From an uncultured delta proteobacterium (GTDB taxonomy: Bacteria > Myxococcota > Myxococcia > Myxococcales > Anaeromyxobacteraceae), in NCBI GenBank assembly GCA_963814585.1, contig CAWFDF010000008.1:320001-384000 (forward strand): a stretch of DNA of 64,000 bases. The letters are read 5' to 3'. The notes below the pieces were generated by a model. It was not told where the DNA came from and searched no databases. It was given only the letters and a program-made list of their open reading frames with translations. Both the position numbers and the translations under genes were made by a program. Numbering within the stretch: position 1 is the first letter of the stretch; each line of letters starts with the position of its first letter. Of the stretch, positions 60,678 to 64,000 are shown piece after piece.

Positions 60678-60709
60678 GCCGGACGCCGCAGGAGCGGCGT
60701 CCGGCGTTT
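60678..60709 (+). terminator. Intrinsic terminator after tRNA-Asn
   Basis: Perfect 12-bp stem GCCGGACGCCGC-AGGA-GCGGCGTCCGGC followed by GTTTCCTCTT. Confidence 0.75.
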
Positions 60710-60979
60710 CCTCTTCTGGGCCCCATCCTCGCGTCACCGCGGCAGTTGACCTTGCCTCATGTCTGGGCCTCGACGTCGGCCCAGGACCCCGCGGGCAGCC
60801 CGAAGAACATGATGGTGGCGGTCCCCTTCGTCGGGTCGCCCTCGTCCTCCCGCCCTCCACCAGGTCCTTCTCCACGGCAGCGGTCGACGCTTCGCTCGGG
60901 CGGCGAGTCCAGTTCTCCCCATGGCGGTGCACGTGGTAGCGATGGTGGCTGAAGTCGTAGGCGCCGGAGGGCCTCAGCG

Positions 60980-61447
60980 ATGAAGACGCGCCCAGGAGGT
61001 GCGGTGAAGACGAAGCGCTCCGCGAAGAAGGCGACCGAGAAGCCGTCGCCCAGGAAGGCCATCGCCAGGAGGACGCCGCCGCTCAGCGGTGGAGCTCCCA
61101 GGTCGCCACGCATCTTCGCGATGTCGTTCGCGAGCGTGTATCCGCTCTACGTGCAGAAGGCCGAGAAGAAGGGCCGGACGAAGGAGGAGGTCGACGAGAT
61201 CATCGAGTGGCTCACGGGTTACAGCGGTGAGCAACTTGGGCGCGCCACCGGCGCCAAGATCAGCCTCGAAGCCTTCTTCGCCCAGGCGCCCCGGATGAAC
61301 CCGGACGCGGGGCTCATCACGGGCGTGGTGTGTGGGGTGCGCGTGGAAGACGTCGCCGACCCGCTGATGCAGAAGATCCGATACCTCGACAAGCTGATCG
61401 ATGAGCTCGCCAAGGGAAGGAAGATGGCGAGCATCCTCCGGCAGTAG
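60980..61447 (+). CDS. DUF2200 family protein
   Basis: [52 protein letters not shown]; Lys/Arg-rich N-terminal extension, start uncertain. Confidence 0.88.
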   Translation: MKTRPGGAVKTKRSAKKATEKPSPRKAIARRTPPLSGGAPRSPRIFAMSFASVYPLYVQKAEKKGRTKEEVDEIIEWLTGYSGEQLGRATGAKISLEAFFAQAPRMNPDAGLITGVVCGVRVEDVADPLMQKIRYLDKLIDELAKGRKMASILRQ

Positions 61448-61578
61448 CCGAGCCGGCCGCCGGGCGAGATGGCCTTCGCGCGGGTTCGGCAGCTGCTTCC
61501 CCGGCAGCACCGGCAGCTCCAGGCCGAGCGCGACCCGGTCCGACGGCACGACCACCCGGAGCGTGAGGGCAGCCTGGC

Positions 61579-61716
61579 CTAGATGGCGTCCGGCAGCACC
61601 TCGGCCCCCTCCACGATCTCTCGCAGGCGCCTTGCGAAGCGCGCCGCCGGGGCGCCGTCGACGATGTCGTGCCGCCCCCTCGGGAACGGCCTCACTTCGG
61701 ACGAGGGCCGGGTCAT
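61579..61716 (-). pseudogene. 45-codon remnant of a 2-oxoacid dehydrogenase E2 acyltransferase-like gene (apparent internal deletion)
   Basis: Manual translation MTRPSSEVRPFPRGRHDIVDGAPAARFARRLREIVEGAEVLPDAI*; HDIVDGAPAARF matches the HxxxDG catalytic C-terminus. Confidence 0.65.
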
Positions 61717-61855
61717 GATCTCGTAGGATGCCATACTGGCGGATGCCGCACCCAGGACCAGCCCGGGGCCCCGGGGGCGCGCTGCAGGAAGTCATCTTGG
61801 GCATCTCGGGTGAGGCGCCAGGCTGAGGAGGAGCCAACGCCTCGAGAGGGGAGCC

Positions 61856-62656
61856 GTGCTCGGAAAGTTCAAGCGGGAGCTCTCAGCGCTCGGTCTGCCG
61901 GCGGGCTCGACGTCCCCGGCACGCCTCGCGCCGATCACCGATGCGGAAGTCGAGTCGCTGCCCGCGGCGGTGCGGGCGTACCTCCGCTTCATGCGCGTCG
62001 CCGCACGGCCCCGCGACTGGTCCTTCCGGCTTCGCTTCACGGGCCGCTTCCGGCGCTCGCGCGACGATGCATGGATGCGGTGCGAGACGTGGCAGTACAA
62101 CACCTGCGTCCCGCCGGCCCGCGTCTTCCACATCCGGCTGCGCTTCTTCGGCCTCTTGCCCGTGTTGGGCCGCGACACCTACGTCAACGGCCGGGGTCGG
62201 ATGCTCATCCGCCTGCTCGACCGGTTCACGGTGGGCGACGGGACGGGGGAGGCCTACGACATCGGCGAGCTGGTCACCTACCTCAACGACGGCATCCTGC
62301 TCGCCCCGGCCATGCTGCTCGTGCCCGAGGTGCGCTGGTCCGAGGTCGACGCCCGTTCCTTCGACGTCGCGCTCACGGACCACGGCCGCACCGTCAAGGC
62401 GCGGGTCTTCGTGGACGAGCGCGGCGCCCCGATCGACTTCGAGACCACAGACCGCTTCATCGCGGACGCCAAGGATCCGTCCAAGGTCACGCGATGCCGC
62501 TGGACCACCCCCGTGGACGGTTTTCAGGACGTTGGCGACCGGCGGCTGCCCACTCGCGCCAGGGCGGTCTGGCATCGGCCCGAGGGCGAGCTCACCTACG
62601 CCGACTTCACCTTGGACCCGGCGTCAGTGGCCTTCAACATCGCTCCCGGCGCGTGA
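61856..62656 (+). CDS. Hypothetical protein (DUF6544-like)
   Basis: LPAAVRAYLRF, W..QYN..PPARVF, RDTYVNGRGRM, WTTP..RLPT..AVW; GGGGAG Shine-Dalgarno. Family name recalled, not searched. Confidence 0.7.
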   Translation: MLGKFKRELSALGLPAGSTSPARLAPITDAEVESLPAAVRAYLRFMRVAARPRDWSFRLRFTGRFRRSRDDAWMRCETWQYNTCVPPARVFHIRLRFFGLLPVLGRDTYVNGRGRMLIRLLDRFTVGDGTGEAYDIGELVTYLNDGILLAPAMLLVPEVRWSEVDARSFDVALTDHGRTVKARVFVDERGAPIDFETTDRFIADAKDPSKVTRCRWTTPVDGFQDVGDRRLPTRARAVWHRPEGELTYADFTLDPASVAFNIAPGA

Positions 62657-62731
62657 GGGCGATCCCCCGGTGGAGCGGCACCCGCCCGGCGTCCGCGTCA
62701 TGACCCCGGCGAAGTCCAAGGGTGAGGCCAC

Positions 62732-62773
62732 TTGACATACCCATCTCCGCTAGGCATCGTGCTGCTAGGCATC
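62732..62773 (+). promoter_or_regulatory. padR promoter with candidate operator repeats
   Basis: TTGACA (62732-62737); GCTAGGCATC at 62749-62758 and again at 62764-62773. Confidence 0.6.
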
Positions 62774-62789
62774 AGCTCGGCGAGGCACG

Positions 62790-63167
62790 ATGGACATCGG
62801 CAAGGACCTGGTCGCGGCCTCCTCCACGCCGCTCATCCTCTCCATCCTGGCGGACGGTGAGACGTACGGCTACGCCATCGTGAAGCGGGTGGGAGAGCTG
62901 TCGGCGGGCTCGCTGCAGTGGACGGAGGGGATGCTCTACCCGCTCCTGCACCGCCTGGAGCGCCAAGGTCACCTCGAGGGGCGCTGGGGCGAGGCCGAGA
63001 GCGGGCGGAAGCGGAGGTACTACCGGATCACCGGTGGGGGCCGCGCCCACCTGGCGGACCAGCGGCGGCAGTGGCAGGCGGTGGACGAGGCGCTTCGAAA
63101 CCTGTGGCGCGGCCTGTCGCAAACCACCGTCCCGGGTCCCATCATGCCGGCGAGCGAGGGAGGCTGA
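62790..63167 (+). CDS. PadR family transcriptional regulator
   Basis: LILSIL..YGYAI..EGMLYPLLHRLE..RKRRYYRIT..G. Confidence 0.95.
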   Translation: MDIGKDLVAASSTPLILSILADGETYGYAIVKRVGELSAGSLQWTEGMLYPLLHRLERQGHLEGRWGEAESGRKRRYYRITGGGRAHLADQRRQWQAVDEALRNLWRGLSQTTVPGPIMPASEGG

Positions 63168-63168
63168 G

Positions 63169-64000
63169 GTGACGTCCTCGAGCGGAGCGGGCGAGCTGGA
63201 AGCGCAGATCGCGGAGTGGCGGTCGTACCTGCGCCGCCGCCAGGCGATCCGGGGCGTGGACGTGGCGGAGCTGGAGGACCACCTGCGGGGGCAGCTGGAC
63301 TCGTTGATGGCCGCCGGGCTGGCCGGGGACGAGGCGTTCCTGGTGGCGGTGAAGCGCATGGGCGCCCTCGATGCGCTGTCGCAGGAGTTCGCGCGGGAGC
63401 ACTCCGACCGGCTGTGGAGGCAGCTGCTGGCCACCCCGGGTGCGGCGGAGGAGGACCCGGCGGGGCGGCGGAGGGAGGCGGTGGTGGCGCTCGCCCTGGC
63501 GCTCGCCGCCGCGGCGCTGATCAAGCTCCCGGACCTGTTCGGCCTGTCGCCGCAGGCGCACCCGGCGTTCTACGCCCGGAACGCCAGCCTGGCCGTGTTC
63601 CCGGTGGTGGCCGGGTACTTCGCCTGGAAGCGGAGGCTGGCCGGGCGGACCCTCGGATGGCTGGCGGCTTCGTTCCTGATCTCGGCGCTGGCGATCAACC
63701 TCCCCTCCTTCAGGGCCGGCGGCGACACGGAGCGCCTGGCGGCGCTGCACCTCCCCATGGCGCTCTGGATGGTGGTGGGCGTCGCCTACGTGGGCGGGCG
63801 CTGGTGGGGCAGCGGCCGGAGGATGGACTTCGTCCGCTTCTCGGGCGAGCTGTTCATCTACTTCGTGCTGATCGCGCTCGGCGGCGGGGTGCTGACGCTG
63901 TTCACCATGGGGATCTTCGCCAGCATCGGCGCGGACGCCGGGTGGTTCGTCGAGCGGTGGCTGGTGCCGTGCGGCGCGGCCGGGGCGGTGGTCGTCGCCT
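63169..64000 (+). CDS. Permease-prefix-domain membrane protein (runs off the window)
   Basis: Manual translation VTSSSGAGELEAQIAEWRSYL..DVAELEDHLR..GL..DEAFLVAVKRMG followed by multiple TM helices; usual partner gene of PadR. Confidence 0.8.
   Translation, partial: MTSSSGAGELEAQIAEWRSYLRRRQAIRGVDVAELEDHLRGQLDSLMAAGLAGDEAFLVAVKRMGALDALSQEFAREHSDRLWRQLLATPGAAEEDPAGRRREAVVALALALAAAALIKLPDLFGLSPQAHPAFYARNASLAVFPVVAGYFAWKRRLAGRTLGWLAASFLISALAINLPSFRAGGDTERLAALHLPMALWMVVGVAYVGGRWWGSGRRMDFVRFSGELFIYFVLIALGGGVLTLFTMGIFASIGADAGWFVERWLVPCGAAGAVVVA

Noticed and set aside
60608..60952. ORFs overlapping the tRNA
   Set aside because: They run through the tRNA-Asn gene and its terminator; spurious.

Overview
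Very GC-rich bacterial chromosome segment whose gene order and protein sequences resemble Myxococcota, probably Anaeromyxobacter-like (inference; no database search was run). It is mostly core genome: cdnL/carD-ispDF-cysS, comEC, purA-hisZ-serA, an lptD-like gene, folC-accD, purM-purN, rpmB, folD, gcvT-H-PA-PB, mgsA with system II cytochrome c biogenesis genes, infA, ruvX-mltG-M23 peptidase, a DEAD-box helicase, an RpoH-like sigma factor and tRNA-Asn(GTT), followed by a small accessory tail (DUF2200, DUF6544-like, PadR plus a membrane protein). Most long ORFs in the supplied track are antisense or off-frame shadows caused by high GC. The most notable observations: (1) an orphan pair resembling a type III secretion translocator and its SycD/LcrH-type chaperone, behind a sigma54-like promoter; (2) a self-contained cAMP module (CHASE2 cyclase, CRP-like protein, MBL-fold phosphodiesterase); (3) two nested-palindrome MITE/REPIN-like elements between convergent genes; (4) a 45-codon gene remnant that looks collapsed across an internal HDIVD repeat; (5) a membrane pseudokinase; (6) repeated TANNNT boxes 6-12 nt before start codons, suggesting leaderless mRNAs, including one 25-bp bidirectional promoter. 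Frameshifts clustered between 9.5 and 22.2 kb are most likely consensus errors. No CRISPR array, rRNA, integrase or transposase was seen.
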